A stretch of 64,000 nt of DNA from Polyangiaceae bacterium (GCA_965222375.1 CBDCTZ010000015.1:608001-672000), one strand, 5' to 3'; shown: positions 38,300 through 48,706, counted from the stretch's first letter. Notes: generated by a model not told the origin, from the sequence alone. Numbers and translations are program-made.

Positions 38300-39589
38300 A
38301 TGCGGCGTTTAGCGTGGAGCTTCCTAGCGGGCGGATTGTTGCTGTCCACCTGTTCTGATAGCGAAGAAGGGACGAAATCCCCACCGCCTTCCGACGCTGG
38401 CGCAGAGGCCCAAGCCGATGGCGACGGTGGCGGGCTCTGCCACGGGTCGACCGCCGTGAGCAAGGGCCCCTGGGTCATCGGAGTGAACGACAGCTCCGCG
38501 ATCTTGCGCTGGGAAGCGTGCCGTGAGGACGGCAAGACTGGCGTGACCGTGACCCCCGAGGCTGGGGGCTCCCCCACACAACACGATGCGACGGCGACTC
38601 CCTTCGTGGTCGACAACACCTACGTCAGCCTCAATGTGAACGCTCCACCGGACCAGGCGGGCACCTACTACATGCACGAACTGGCCCTTAGTTCCCTGAC
38701 GCCAGCGACCTGCTACCGCTACGAGCTGGCCGAGGACCCGGCACTGAAAGGCCGCTTCTGCACGGCGCGCAAATCCGGAGACAGCTTCAAAGTGCTGGCG
38801 ATTGCCGATACCAACGCAGCGCTGGGCGGAACCCACGACCTGGTGCTCGAAGCCGCCAAGCACAACTACGACTTCACCATCCACGGTGGCGACATCCAGT
38901 ACTACCTCTCGATACTCGAGACCTGGAACTCGTGGTTCCCGCTGATGATGCCGATGTTCCGGCAAGGCGCGTTCTTCCCATCCTTGGGCAATCACGAATT
39001 CGAAAAGCCCGACGAGTATGAACAGTACTACGTGCGCTTCTTCGGTAATGCGGGCTTCGACGGCACCGACGACTACTATCGGCTCAACAGTGGGGGCGTC
39101 TGGTTCTTCGCGCTGAACACCGAAGACGACATGGACGCGGGCTCGGCCCAGTTCACCTGGTTCGAGAAACAATTGGCGGACGCCGCGTCCCAGCCCGGCT
39201 ACCGCGCGTCGGTGGTTTTCTTTCACAGGCCGTTCTTGACTTGCGGCCCAACGAGCGAAAAAAGCGGGTCCCGCGCGCTTTATCAGCCCTTATTCGAAAA
39301 GCACGGCGTCACCCTCGTGGTGCAGGGCCACGTGCACGGCTACGAGCGCTTCGAAGTGCCTCACGCAGCGGATCCCGGCAAGACGCTGACCTACATCACC
39401 GCCGGAGGTGGGGGTGCGGCCCTACGCGATCTAGATGAAAATATCGCTCGTCCCACCTGCGCAATGCGAATCACAAAGGGCGAATACTACAACTTCACAC
39501 TTCTCGAGTTTGGCCCAACCTCCCTCAAGGGCCGTATGTTCAATCAGCAAGGGGTGGAGCAGGACTCATTTGAGAACGCCATACCTTGA
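38300..39589 (+). CDS. Purple acid phosphatase-like metallophosphoesterase lipoprotein
   Basis: KGPW FN3-like N-domain, ADT, GGDIQY, GNHE, HRP, GHVHGYER and GGGGA. Confidence 0.9.
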   Translation: MRRLAWSFLAGGLLLSTCSDSEEGTKSPPPSDAGAEAQADGDGGGLCHGSTAVSKGPWVIGVNDSSAILRWEACREDGKTGVTVTPEAGGSPTQHDATATPFVVDNTYVSLNVNAPPDQAGTYYMHELALSSLTPATCYRYELAEDPALKGRFCTARKSGDSFKVLAIADTNAALGGTHDLVLEAAKHNYDFTIHGGDIQYYLSILETWNSWFPLMMPMFRQGAFFPSLGNHEFEKPDEYEQYYVRFFGNAGFDGTDDYYRLNSGGVWFFALNTEDDMDAGSAQFTWFEKQLADAASQPGYRASVVFFHRPFLTCGPTSEKSGSRALYQPLFEKHGVTLVVQGHVHGYERFEVPHAADPGKTLTYITAGGGGAALRDLDENIARPTCAMRITKGEYYNFTLLEFGPTSLKGRMFNQQGVEQDSFENAIP

Positions 39590-39656
39590 TCCAGGTGGTG
39601 TGCGCGCGCGCACCGCGAACCCGTCCAGCCGCCGCGTTTTCTGAGCTTCGACGAGG

Positions 39657-40829
39657 GTGCGGCACCTGTTCATAGTTGTCTCGGTCGGTCTACTATCGTT
39701 GGCCGCGTTGCTGTCCACGAGGTCGGCGCAGGCCGAAACCATCGAGATCCGCCTCGTCAGCTACAACGTCTACATGGTGCCCCTCACTGCACCTGCCCGC
39801 GCCGAGCGTCTCGAACGCCTCCCCGAGAAGATCGGCGAGCTGAAACCCGACGTCGTGATGCTCCAAGAAGTCTGGGCGGAGCGAGACTCAGCCAGCCTGG
39901 AAGAGTCACTGCGTGCGCGCGGACTATCTCACGTGTATCGCGCGGCCACGGCGAACCCGATTGCGTACGACAGCTCCGGAATGCTCATCGCATCTCGCTT
40001 CCCTATCAAGAACTCGAAACGCCACAGCTTCTCCCTCGGCCGACGCCCACACACGCCGTACCATTTGGACTGGATCGGCAGAAAGGGCGCCTTGGACGTG
40101 CAACTCGAGACGCCCCTTGGGCTAGTGCGCTTCGTCAACACGCACTTCCAAGCCAGCTACCATACTGGCAGCTACGAATCCGTACGCATCGCACAATCCC
40201 TGGAGATGGCCAGCTGGCTGGAGGACGAATCCCTGCCTCTGATTCTCGGGGGGGACTTCAACGCTCGCCCGCATTCAGTTAGTTGCCGAGTACTGCGCCA
40301 GCAAGCCGGCGTGCGCTTGCCAGAGGGTCGTTGGCGCGTGGACCAAGTCCTGCTGCGCGACGGCGAGAAACTTGCTGTCAAAAGCCTGGAGATGAAACGC
40401 CTCTTGCATGTCCCGGTAGCTTTGAGCGACGGTAGCAAGCGCCGCCTCAGTGACCATCGCGCGGTGTTCATGCGCGTTGGCGTCACGAAGAAAGCCAGCG
40501 ACGCACCCGCGGCGGCCACGCCAGGTCCCTTCGATTCCATGTTGCGGGGGCAGGCGGAGCAGGTGTTGCGCAACAACCTCCGCCGCACTCGCCGACAGCG
40601 CTACGCGAGCTACGCCTCCTTGGCAGTCTGCTTCGGCTTCGGCCTGTGGGGAACTCGGCGCCTTCGAAGGGCGCGCGGCAAGAAGAAGAGCGCCTGGCGC
40701 TGGGCGCTACAGGTCACAGCCTCCACGTTGGTTGGCATTTGGATCGTCTACTTTATGCTGAGCTACGTCCCCCACCGGCGAGCGGGCATCGAACGCGCTC
40801 TCGTCGCGCTTGAAAAGGCTGCCAGCTAG
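39657..40829 (+). CDS. EEP-family phosphodiesterase, neutral sphingomyelinase-like, with C-terminal TM helices
   Basis: SYNV, LQEVW, SSGMLIASRFPI, DWIGRKG, THFQA, GDFN and SDH, followed by two C-terminal hydrophobic helices. Confidence 0.85.
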   Translation: MRHLFIVVSVGLLSLAALLSTRSAQAETIEIRLVSYNVYMVPLTAPARAERLERLPEKIGELKPDVVMLQEVWAERDSASLEESLRARGLSHVYRAATANPIAYDSSGMLIASRFPIKNSKRHSFSLGRRPHTPYHLDWIGRKGALDVQLETPLGLVRFVNTHFQASYHTGSYESVRIAQSLEMASWLEDESLPLILGGDFNARPHSVSCRVLRQQAGVRLPEGRWRVDQVLLRDGEKLAVKSLEMKRLLHVPVALSDGSKRRLSDHRAVFMRVGVTKKASDAPAAATPGPFDSMLRGQAEQVLRNNLRRTRRQRYASYASLAVCFGFGLWGTRRLRRARGKKKSAWRWALQVTASTLVGIWIVYFMLSYVPHRRAGIERALVALEKAAS

Positions 40830-41013
40830 ATCTCGCCCACGTGTAGGAAACCCATTGCCCACTCACAGGGTGTCGCACATGAGGCGCGGCATGCTCAGCG
40901 GAACGCCCACGCGTAGGCCCAGCCCTCCTCCCGGGCGGGAAATCGCGCAAACTCTTCGCGTTGCCACGGCCCGATAGTGGCCCCAGCTTGTAGGGGCCGA
41001 AAGGAGTCTAGCC

Positions 41014-41244
41014 ATGGATCATACTGCCGAGCATGACTCGCTCGACGACGATATCCGCCACTCTCTGCATACGCTGAAAGTCCGGCGCAACGTGAAACTC
41101 GTCGCGACTTTGGTGGCTCTGGTCGTCGCGCTTTTCATCGCATTTGCCGCCGTCTTCCTGGCGTACAGCGATGAGCCGGAGAGTGCCAAAGGGCTGAGTA
41201 TGGCGCCCGCGGCACCAGCTCTGGTCCAATTCGAACTCGCCTGA
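41014..41244 (+). CDS. Small single-TM protein
   Basis: AAGGAG RBS and one TM helix. Confidence 0.7.
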   Translation: MDHTAEHDSLDDDIRHSLHTLKVRRNVKLVATLVALVVALFIAFAAVFLAYSDEPESAKGLSMAPAAPALVQFELA

Positions 41245-41481
41245 CCTTCAGGCTCAGCATCGAGTAGACAACCTGCGTAGCGGCGAACCCGTTGACCGAG
41301 GTTGGTTTGGGAGCCGCGATGTAACTTGGCGCGACTGCAGTCGGAGTACGTCGTGCGGCCCTGCGTCAGCCCGATGCGCACGCGGCAGCCGCGCAGGGGC
41401 CACCCTGCCCACGGGCAGCTGTGTCCTCGCAGAATCGGCGTTTGCCGAACGCCGCGAGCGCTTTCTCGGTTGAGCTGTGGT

Positions 41482-43887
41482 TCAGTTACGCGCCTCACCA
41501 GGGCGCGGCCAAGACACGGGTTGGCCAAGCAGGGCGTCCAAGGTGATGACTCGGTAGCGAGCGCCGCCGTCCTGTTGGAAGGTCAGCTCCCAGAGCGGCA
41601 GGAATAGCGGTGTGACTGCCTCGCAGCGAGCGGAGTAGCGCTGGTGGAAGCTCACCGAGACCGCGTTCGGCGCGGTGCGACCGAGCCATTCCTGTTCATC
41701 GATCACCAACTGCGAGGGCGCAGCGTCCGTGAAGGCCGCGACGCCATCGAGATCTGGAACGTCTCCCGCGTGCTGTTGGTCTGGCGCGCTCGCGAACCGA
41801 ATGCCCGCCCGAAGATCGAGCACCAGCAGCTCCAAAGTCTGCGGGTGCACGTACACGCTACCCAGGCGTTCGTCCTCGCGGCCACCGACAATTCTTCCAA
41901 TCAGCCCGCGCTCGACGTGTTCCCGGAAATCGAGTTTGTACAGCAACCGGTGCACGAGGCGCAGGCCGGCGAGGGTCTCGTCCTCCCCTATCAGCCCCAA
42001 TAGGCGACTCCGCACGTGGTCACGGGCTAGGCTGGCCGCCGTTTCTTGGTTGATGCGAGCGGTCACCGTGAGCACGCGGGCCGGCAAGCCAAGATCGGGC
42101 CGACCACCGCGAGCCACCAGGTGGTAGCGCATCCCGCGACCCTGCTTGAACTCGGCCACCACACCGCGCGACACCAATCGCTTGAGCAATCCCCGGACCT
42201 TCTTGTCCGACATGCTCAAAGGCCCCGCCAGCTCTTTCACGGCCGCAGATTCGCGGCTCGACAGCTCGCGCTCCACCGCTTGCAGTGCTTGCTCAGTCGG
42301 GTCCACCGCAGGCTGCTGCGACGCTGCGGGCTGAGGCCGAGTCGGCGCCGCGGCCAAAGGAACGGTCATGGGAACTGTTTTCGGCACAGCCCGAGGCGCA
42401 GCCGTTGACATCTCTGGGTCCGCTGCGTTTGGTCCTTCCTTTCCGCCTGGCTTCGGTCCCCTCTTTGCCTCGGCGGTAGCGTCCGCAGTTGGCTTCGGCT
42501 TCCTTTCCGCCTTCGCGGTGGCCTTCGCCGTCGGTCTTGGTTCCTCCTCTGCGCCAGCAGCGTCCGTGACCGCAGGCTCGCGCGAAGTTTCGGAAGTGGG
42601 GGCAGTGAATCGCTCGCGCCAGCGCTCGTCCGCGACTTCTTCGATCCGCTTTTCGTCAAAAGTGCGATGGTCGGTGAAAAGCCAGCGTGTCTTGAGAGGC
42701 ACCGCTTCCGAGAAGTTGTCCGGCGACAGCAGCATCAGCTCGCCCGGGGCCAGGCTGGGAAGCAAGCCCATCACGGAGTCGGATGAAACCGGGTCGATGG
42801 ACTTGATGGTCGGCTCCAGTTTTTTCAGGTCCTGGCGCGTGGTCAGCCTGCCCAGGGCCCAGGTCCCGAACTGCGCCATGGCTCGGTAGTCGACGTCCCC
42901 CGGGTTCTGCGTCGCCATCAAGCAGCACACTCCGTACTTGCGCGCCTGTTTGAAGAGCAACGCAAGGCCATCCTTGCACGCTGGCTTTCTCACCGGAGGA
43001 ATGAACGGGCTGACCTCGTCGATGTAGAACAACAACTGCGGCGTCGAGCTCGGATGCGACAGCATCCAGGCATAGAGCCGATCGACGAGCGCAGCCACGA
43101 GGAAGTCCTTGTCCTCCTGGCCGTGCAGGGTATTGAGGTAGATCACGCTCACTCGTGTCCTACCCGAGTCGGGGGCGTCTCGACCCAGGAGCTGGTCAAT
43201 GTTGATGGGCACGCCTTGGTGAAACAGCAGCTTCCGAGCGCCGACGTCTAGGCGTGCCAGCCGCTGGCAAGCCGTTCGGATCTTGCGAGCGTCGAGGTAG
43301 CGCTCGAGCTCCGCGTGGTCTGCTTTCGTCAGCGCTTCGGTCATGCTCGCCAAGGTCGGCCGCTGCCCGGCATCGAGCGCCTGCTGAAGCACTGCATCCA
43401 ACACCGCCGTGAGTCCGGCGCCATCGTCCCCATCCACATCGAACCCAAGCAGCGCCGTAACCATGCTGGCCGTGCGAGTCACCGCCGCCAGGCGCTCGGC
43501 CTGGGGCAGATCCACCAACCCCGGATCTACCGGGTCGGCACACAGCGGCACGCCTTTGGCCGACGCAGGCGTGTAGATGACGACATCCGCCTTCTGTTGA
43601 AACTCCGCTGCAAGAGCTGGATCCACCCCGCGCTGCCGAAGCTCTTCATCACTCAACGCGCCGGACACCAGGCTGCATAGATCACCCTGAGGATCGACAC
43701 AGATGGTCGGAATGCCGGCGCGCACCAACTCTTCAACGACGACCTTGCAAAACACCGTCTTGCCCGACCCACTCGAGCCAAGTGCCATCAAGTGACGCAG
43801 CAACGTCGACGCAGACAGCGCGACCGGCGCACCGGTCTCGCGTTGAGATCCCAAGAGCAGCTCTGCGGTCGTCACGTCGCCGACCAT
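41482..43887 (-). CDS. HerA/FtsK-superfamily (DUF87/DUF853-like) ATPase with C-terminal winged-helix and extra domain
   Basis: Walker A GSSGSGKT, DPQGD, Walker B YIDE, QARKYG and ATQNPGD. Ala/Pro/Lys linker, then a wHTH-like segment. Confidence 0.85.
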   Translation of the reverse strand: MVGDVTTAELLLGSQRETGAPVALSASTLLRHLMALGSSGSGKTVFCKVVVEELVRAGIPTICVDPQGDLCSLVSGALSDEELRQRGVDPALAAEFQQKADVVIYTPASAKGVPLCADPVDPGLVDLPQAERLAAVTRTASMVTALLGFDVDGDDGAGLTAVLDAVLQQALDAGQRPTLASMTEALTKADHAELERYLDARKIRTACQRLARLDVGARKLLFHQGVPINIDQLLGRDAPDSGRTRVSVIYLNTLHGQEDKDFLVAALVDRLYAWMLSHPSSTPQLLFYIDEVSPFIPPVRKPACKDGLALLFKQARKYGVCCLMATQNPGDVDYRAMAQFGTWALGRLTTRQDLKKLEPTIKSIDPVSSDSVMGLLPSLAPGELMLLSPDNFSEAVPLKTRWLFTDHRTFDEKRIEEVADERWRERFTAPTSETSREPAVTDAAGAEEEPRPTAKATAKAERKPKPTADATAEAKRGPKPGGKEGPNAADPEMSTAAPRAVPKTVPMTVPLAAAPTRPQPAASQQPAVDPTEQALQAVERELSSRESAAVKELAGPLSMSDKKVRGLLKRLVSRGVVAEFKQGRGMRYHLVARGGRPDLGLPARVLTVTARINQETAASLARDHVRSRLLGLIGEDETLAGLRLVHRLLYKLDFREHVERGLIGRIVGGREDERLGSVYVHPQTLELLVLDLRAGIRFASAPDQQHAGDVPDLDGVAAFTDAAPSQLVIDEQEWLGRTAPNAVSVSFHQRYSARCEAVTPLFLPLWELTFQQDGGARYRVITLDALLGQPVSWPRPGEARN

Positions 43888-44032
43888 CCGGCAATAGCGC
43901 GAAGGCGGCAACCCCGCAGCCATCATGGCTCTGTTCGCGTCCCAGCTGTTCGACGGACGCTTCGGACGGCGTGCGCCAGGACGCGCTCGCATCCGCCTCG
44001 CGGCGCCACGCAGAGGCTGGAACATGGCGTCG

Positions 44033-44653
44033 TTAGCGCCGCGACCGATAGGTCTTGTATGCAGCATCGAGGGCGGCTTGATTCACATATGAACGAAAGC
44101 GCACGGCCCTGAGCGCAACGCCGCAGTGCGGGCATTCCAATATCCTCGCCAGACCAGACTGCTGGGCGCGTACGCTTCTGCGACTAGCCCTCCGGACCTT
44201 CTTGTGGAGCGAACGCGCCTTGGCAGTAGCGACGAACCCCTCACTTCGCACGCGAACCAGCTTGGCAGCGACGAAGCGATTGAGTGCGCCATGGATCTCG
44301 TCCAGGGTTGGGATGGCGTGATTGATGTAATCAGCCGTACTGATCAACTGCTCGAGACTGCACGGACCCCTGCCCATCAGCGCAAGCAAGATCCACGAGT
44401 CCGCATCCTGCCACTCGCCGGGCAGCGCATGACCTTTCGCCCGCTTATGGCCAGCAGGCGTAAGGAACCAACGCTCGCCAACTTGAAACGCAGTCCCTTG
44501 GGCCGCCAAGCGCGCAAGCGATCGTTCGTCTTTGGCGGTGCTACCGGCTCGCGCCTCGCGCGAAGATACGAACCTGCGAACAGCTTCCAGGTCAGCTCCA
44601 CGGTTTCGCTGGTATGCCAAAGCCGAGAAAACCACGTCGTCATGTGCCATCAC
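44033..44653 (-). CDS. Hypothetical protein with two winged-helix-like repeats and CPHC
   Basis: LARLAAQG..WFLTPAG and LNRFVAAKLV..FVATAKA, plus ADYINHAIPT. Confidence 0.65.
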   Translation of the reverse strand: MMAHDDVVFSALAYQRNRGADLEAVRRFVSSREARAGSTAKDERSLARLAAQGTAFQVGERWFLTPAGHKRAKGHALPGEWQDADSWILLALMGRGPCSLEQLISTADYINHAIPTLDEIHGALNRFVAAKLVRVRSEGFVATAKARSLHKKVRRASRRSVRAQQSGLARILECPHCGVALRAVRFRSYVNQAALDAAYKTYRSRR

Positions 44654-44829
44654 AGGCAGTGTAACGCGCGCAGATTCGAGCCAAGAGCACGGGCGCCCGC
44701 TCAGAACTGTCTCCCAAGGCCACCCGCTCTCTTCGCGACGCCGCGGCTGGTGGCTGTCAGGCGTTCACTGCATCTGTCAGCTCCTCATGGCACCTCGCGC
44801 CAGGGTAACGCCGTGGAAAATGGGTAGAA

Positions 44830-45945
44830 ATGACCACTCTGGCGACGGCACACGCCTTGCGATTGAGCGCCGAAGCAGGAGAAGCGTCAATGACACAAGC
44901 AGCACTACATACGCCACCACCATCCCGGTCCCAGTTCCTAGCGCTCGTTCACAGGCTCAGCGAAAGCTCCGTCAAGAAGCACTTCGACGCTTATGAAGAC
45001 GTTAGCTGGAATCATCCAGACTATTCGATTCAACCCGAAGATCCGCGTTGGGAGAAGGGGCCAGACGACGTTCTCGGCGCCACCGAATGGTACAGGAGCC
45101 GCCCCGCAGCCGTTCGGGCGCGATTGGGCCTGCACCACGTCGTCTTCCAGATGAAGCTCGGCGTCGAGTTCGAGAGCATCCTGAGTCGCGGGCTATTGGA
45201 GTTCAGTTCCACGCTGCGTTCGGGGGCGCCCGAGTTCCGCTACGCGCTGCATGAAGTCATCGAGGAAGGGCAGCATTCCTTGATGTTCCAGGAGTTCATC
45301 AATCGAGCTCGGCTACCGGTGCGAGGACTGACGGGTTTCGACACCTTCAGCTCGCGTTTCGTGCCTGGGCTCGGACGGACTTTTCCGGAGTTGTTCTTTC
45401 TTTTCGTGCTCGGCGGGGAAGTGCCCATCGACTTCACTCAACGTCGAGAGCTCCGCCGTGACGACAACCTGCACCCGCTTTTGAAGAGAGTGATGCAAAT
45501 TCATGTCACCGAGGAAGCACGCCATCTGTGTTTCGCCAAACGCTACATGGCAGAAAACGTACCCAGGTTGGGGCCTTGGCGTCGCTGGCAGCTGAAAGTA
45601 CGAGCGCCCTTCATCCTCGGTGCCATGTCAGCGCAAATGCTCAAGCCTCCGTCGGACCTCATTGGCGCCTATAGCATCCCGAAAGAGGTGGTGCGCGAGG
45701 CTTACACGGACAACCCCGTCCACCGAAAGCGCGTACTCGAAAGCCTAGCGCCCGTGCGTCGCCTGTGCGAGAGCACCGGCCTGATCACACCTGGCTTTCG
45801 CAAACTGTGGCAAGCGCTCGGCATTGCTCCAAAGTCTGCACCCCACACGGAGGAGCCACCTCGCCACGTCATCAACTGCAGCGTGCCCGGGGTCATCCGT
45901 GCCGTACCTCGACAATGGACTCGACCCATAGACACGCAGGACTGA
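44830..45945 (+). CDS. AurF-like diiron oxygenase
   Basis: FESIL, EEGQHS, LGGEVPID and HVTEEARH diiron motifs. Start may be 44890. Confidence 0.88.
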   Translation: MTTLATAHALRLSAEAGEASMTQAALHTPPPSRSQFLALVHRLSESSVKKHFDAYEDVSWNHPDYSIQPEDPRWEKGPDDVLGATEWYRSRPAAVRARLGLHHVVFQMKLGVEFESILSRGLLEFSSTLRSGAPEFRYALHEVIEEGQHSLMFQEFINRARLPVRGLTGFDTFSSRFVPGLGRTFPELFFLFVLGGEVPIDFTQRRELRRDDNLHPLLKRVMQIHVTEEARHLCFAKRYMAENVPRLGPWRRWQLKVRAPFILGAMSAQMLKPPSDLIGAYSIPKEVVREAYTDNPVHRKRVLESLAPVRRLCESTGLITPGFRKLWQALGIAPKSAPHTEEPPRHVINCSVPGVIRAVPRQWTRPIDTQD

Positions 45946-46069
45946 TATGTTGTCGCTCGACCGACTCACTTCGCCTCTTAGAGCGAGACAGAGGTTGTGG
46001 AGTCCTGGCAACGCTCCTTGGGAGCTTGAGACCAACACAAGGTCAGCCATATCGAGCCTTCCCCGGCCC

Positions 46070-47062
46070 ATGCGGAAAAAGCGCAGAAAGCAAAAGTCGA
46101 CCGAACCCATCGCCTATCGCAAGGCGCGGAGCTCGGCGAATAGGAAGGTCGTATTCTTTGGTCACGCACTGATCTGGACTGCGGTCTGTTTCTTTCTGCT
46201 AGTGGTTGCTGGATTCATGGTGGCCACCATCGTCGCCTTGGCCTGGGGCATCGGACTGATGTGCCATGGCTACTTCGGCGTGTTGGCGCCGATACTGCGC
46301 GACCAGTTGATCCACAACGAAGTTGGCCGAAGGCTGCACAAGAGTGTGACCAACGAGCGCCGCGCACTTGAAGGGCGTCACGCTCGCTCCCTCGAGCAGC
46401 TATCTGCCTCCGTTGCCCACGAAATCCGCAACCCAATCACTGCCGCCAAGAGCCTGGCTCAACAAATCGCCGAGGACCCAACCTGCCCGGACAACGCGGA
46501 ATACGCCAAGGTCGCCGTCGAAGAGTTGGATCGCGTCGAACGTTCCGTATCTCACCTCTTGCGTTACGCGCGGGAGCAAGAGATGGCCTTCAGCGATCTG
46601 AACATCGAGGACGTCATCGAGTCGGCGCTGGATACCTTCCAAGAGCGACGCAAGCGGGGAATCGTCCGTATCGAAACCCACTTCGATGGCGATGGGTTCC
46701 TCTACGCCGATGCGGAGAAGCTTCGGCGCACGGTCATCAATCTGGTGAAGAACGCTTTCGACGCTCTGGAAGAGAGCGAATTCCCGGCGCCGAAGATCGT
46801 GATCAGCACCGGGAACAACTTGGCGGGGGACGAAGTGTGGCTACGGGTCAGCGACAATGGGCCGGGAATCGAGGCTGAGCGCCTATCGAAGATCTTCGAC
46901 CCGTTCCACAGCACCAAGGACAGCGGGACCGGGCTCGGCCTGCCGATCACCAAACGAATCGTCGAGGCACATGGCGGTTCAATCGAGATAAAGTCGGCGC
47001 TGGGTGAAGGCGCCGAGTTCGTGCTCACCTTTCCGAAACACGGCCTGACGCCAGAAGAATGA
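46070..47062 (+). CDS. Sensor histidine kinase with N-terminal 2TM domain
   Basis: AHEIRNP H-box, NLVKNA, DNGPGI, FDPF and GTGLGL. Confidence 0.92.
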   Translation: MRKKRRKQKSTEPIAYRKARSSANRKVVFFGHALIWTAVCFFLLVVAGFMVATIVALAWGIGLMCHGYFGVLAPILRDQLIHNEVGRRLHKSVTNERRALEGRHARSLEQLSASVAHEIRNPITAAKSLAQQIAEDPTCPDNAEYAKVAVEELDRVERSVSHLLRYAREQEMAFSDLNIEDVIESALDTFQERRKRGIVRIETHFDGDGFLYADAEKLRRTVINLVKNAFDALEESEFPAPKIVISTGNNLAGDEVWLRVSDNGPGIEAERLSKIFDPFHSTKDSGTGLGLPITKRIVEAHGGSIEIKSALGEGAEFVLTFPKHGLTPEE

Positions 47063-48435
47063 CCTCCCGCATCTTGATTGTCGAAGACGAGCGCGCAATT
47101 CAAATCGCGCTCAAGGGCCTGTTCAAGAAGGAGGGGTACGAAGTCGAGGTATCCGGCTCCGGCAACGAAGCCATCTCGGCCCTAGGAGAGGGAGTCTTCG
47201 ATCTGGTGCTGACAGATCTGGCGCTCGGGCGCGGCGCGGACGGCATGGCCGTGCTGCGCGCATCGAAAGAAGCTCGACCAGAAGCGCCCGTGATCATGAT
47301 CACGGCACATGGCAGCGAGAAGGTCGCCGTAGAGGCCATGAAGGCTGGCGCGGACGACTACGTGCCCAAGCCCTTCGACAATGACGAAATTCGTATTGTC
47401 GTGCGTAGGGCCCTGGAGCGAACAAGGCTCGAGCGTGAGCATCGGCTGCTGCTCGACCAGCTTCAACGCGACTATGGATTCGGCGTGCTGATCGGTTCCG
47501 GGCAACCCATGAGGCGCGTCTTCGAAGCAATCAAGAAGGTTGCCGAGACCGACCTCACCGTGCTGATTCGAGGTGAAAGTGGCACGGGCAAGGAGCTCGT
47601 TGCTCAAGCGCTCCATCACCGAAGCGCGCGGGCCAGGCGGCCCTTCGTGCCGGTCAACTGCGCAGCCATCAGCAAAGAGCTCGTCGAAAGTGAACTCTTT
47701 GGACACGAAAAGGGAGCCTTCACCGGCGCAGACGCACGCCGGGTTGGCCGTTTCGAAGCCGCAGATGGAGGCACAATCTTCCTCGACGAGGTCGGCGACA
47801 TGCCCGCGGATACTCAGGCCAAGGTGCTGCGAGTGCTGCAGGAACGCTGCTTTGAACGTGTCGGCGGCAACTCCACGACTCGCTCGGATGTTCGCGTGGT
47901 CGCCGCAACCCATCGCGACTTGGAAGCCGAAGTCAACGACGGAACCTTTCGTCAAGATCTCTATTACCGGCTAAAGGTCGTGCAGATCGAACTGCCCCCG
48001 CTTCGCGATCGACTCGAGGACCTGCCCGCTCTCGTCGACCGATTCCTCGAGCAGCTCGCTGGCCGCCTGAGCCGGGATAAGATGGCGCTAACCGATGGAG
48101 CGCTCCGACGGCTTGCAGCGCACAATTGGCCAGGCAACGTGCGTGAGCTGCGCAACGTGGTGGAACAGGCTGCCGTATTGGCCTCCGGTTCGGCAATCGA
48201 CGCCGATGACCTCGATCTCGGCATGCAGCTAGCCGCGCCAGCAGGCGGCTTTGTGTCGGGCGTGTCCTTCCCCGATGCAAAACGGCAAGCAATCGAACAG
48301 TTCGAGCGGAGCTTCCTACTCGAAGCGCTACGCCATCACGATGGCAACGTGTCGCGAACAGCCGAAGCCATCGGTGTGGCACGCCAAAGCCTGCAGCTAA
48401 AGATTCGCGAATTGGGCCTGAAGAACCGAGGCTAG
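47059..48435 (+). CDS. Sigma54-dependent response regulator (NtrC family)
   Basis: Receiver domain, GESGTGKE, GAFTGA, FLDE, WPGNVREL and a Fis-type HTH. ATGA coupling to the kinase. Confidence 0.95.
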   Translation: MTSRILIVEDERAIQIALKGLFKKEGYEVEVSGSGNEAISALGEGVFDLVLTDLALGRGADGMAVLRASKEARPEAPVIMITAHGSEKVAVEAMKAGADDYVPKPFDNDEIRIVVRRALERTRLEREHRLLLDQLQRDYGFGVLIGSGQPMRRVFEAIKKVAETDLTVLIRGESGTGKELVAQALHHRSARARRPFVPVNCAAISKELVESELFGHEKGAFTGADARRVGRFEAADGGTIFLDEVGDMPADTQAKVLRVLQERCFERVGGNSTTRSDVRVVAATHRDLEAEVNDGTFRQDLYYRLKVVQIELPPLRDRLEDLPALVDRFLEQLAGRLSRDKMALTDGALRRLAAHNWPGNVRELRNVVEQAAVLASGSAIDADDLDLGMQLAAPAGGFVSGVSFPDAKRQAIEQFERSFLLEALRHHDGNVSRTAEAIGVARQSLQLKIRELGLKNRG

Positions 48436-48469
48436 TCGCTTGGGCCCAGATGGCCAACGCCCAACGCAT

Positions 48470-48706
48470 TCAACCCTTCTGATTGCGAGAACTACCCTCC
48501 GGGAAGCCGAAGTGGATGGCGTCCTTGCCCTCCTCGAACTCGCAGAAGTTCTTGTAATCACCGTCACGCTTGATGGTCTCAGCGTCACCTGAGCAGTACG
48601 GGCACTCCACGTGCTTTTCCACCGTGTACATCTGGCCGGTGCGACGGCAGCGCAGCTGCTTCAATCTGACGTGTGGGTGTGAATCGCTTTCAGGTTGGTC
48701 GCTCAT
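48470..48706 (-). CDS. Small putative metal-binding protein
   Basis: GAGG RBS. C..H..CPYC..C pattern in 78 aa. Confidence 0.7.
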   Translation of the reverse strand: MSDQPESDSHPHVRLKQLRCRRTGQMYTVEKHVECPYCSGDAETIKRDGDYKNFCEFEEGKDAIHFGFPEGSSRNQKG

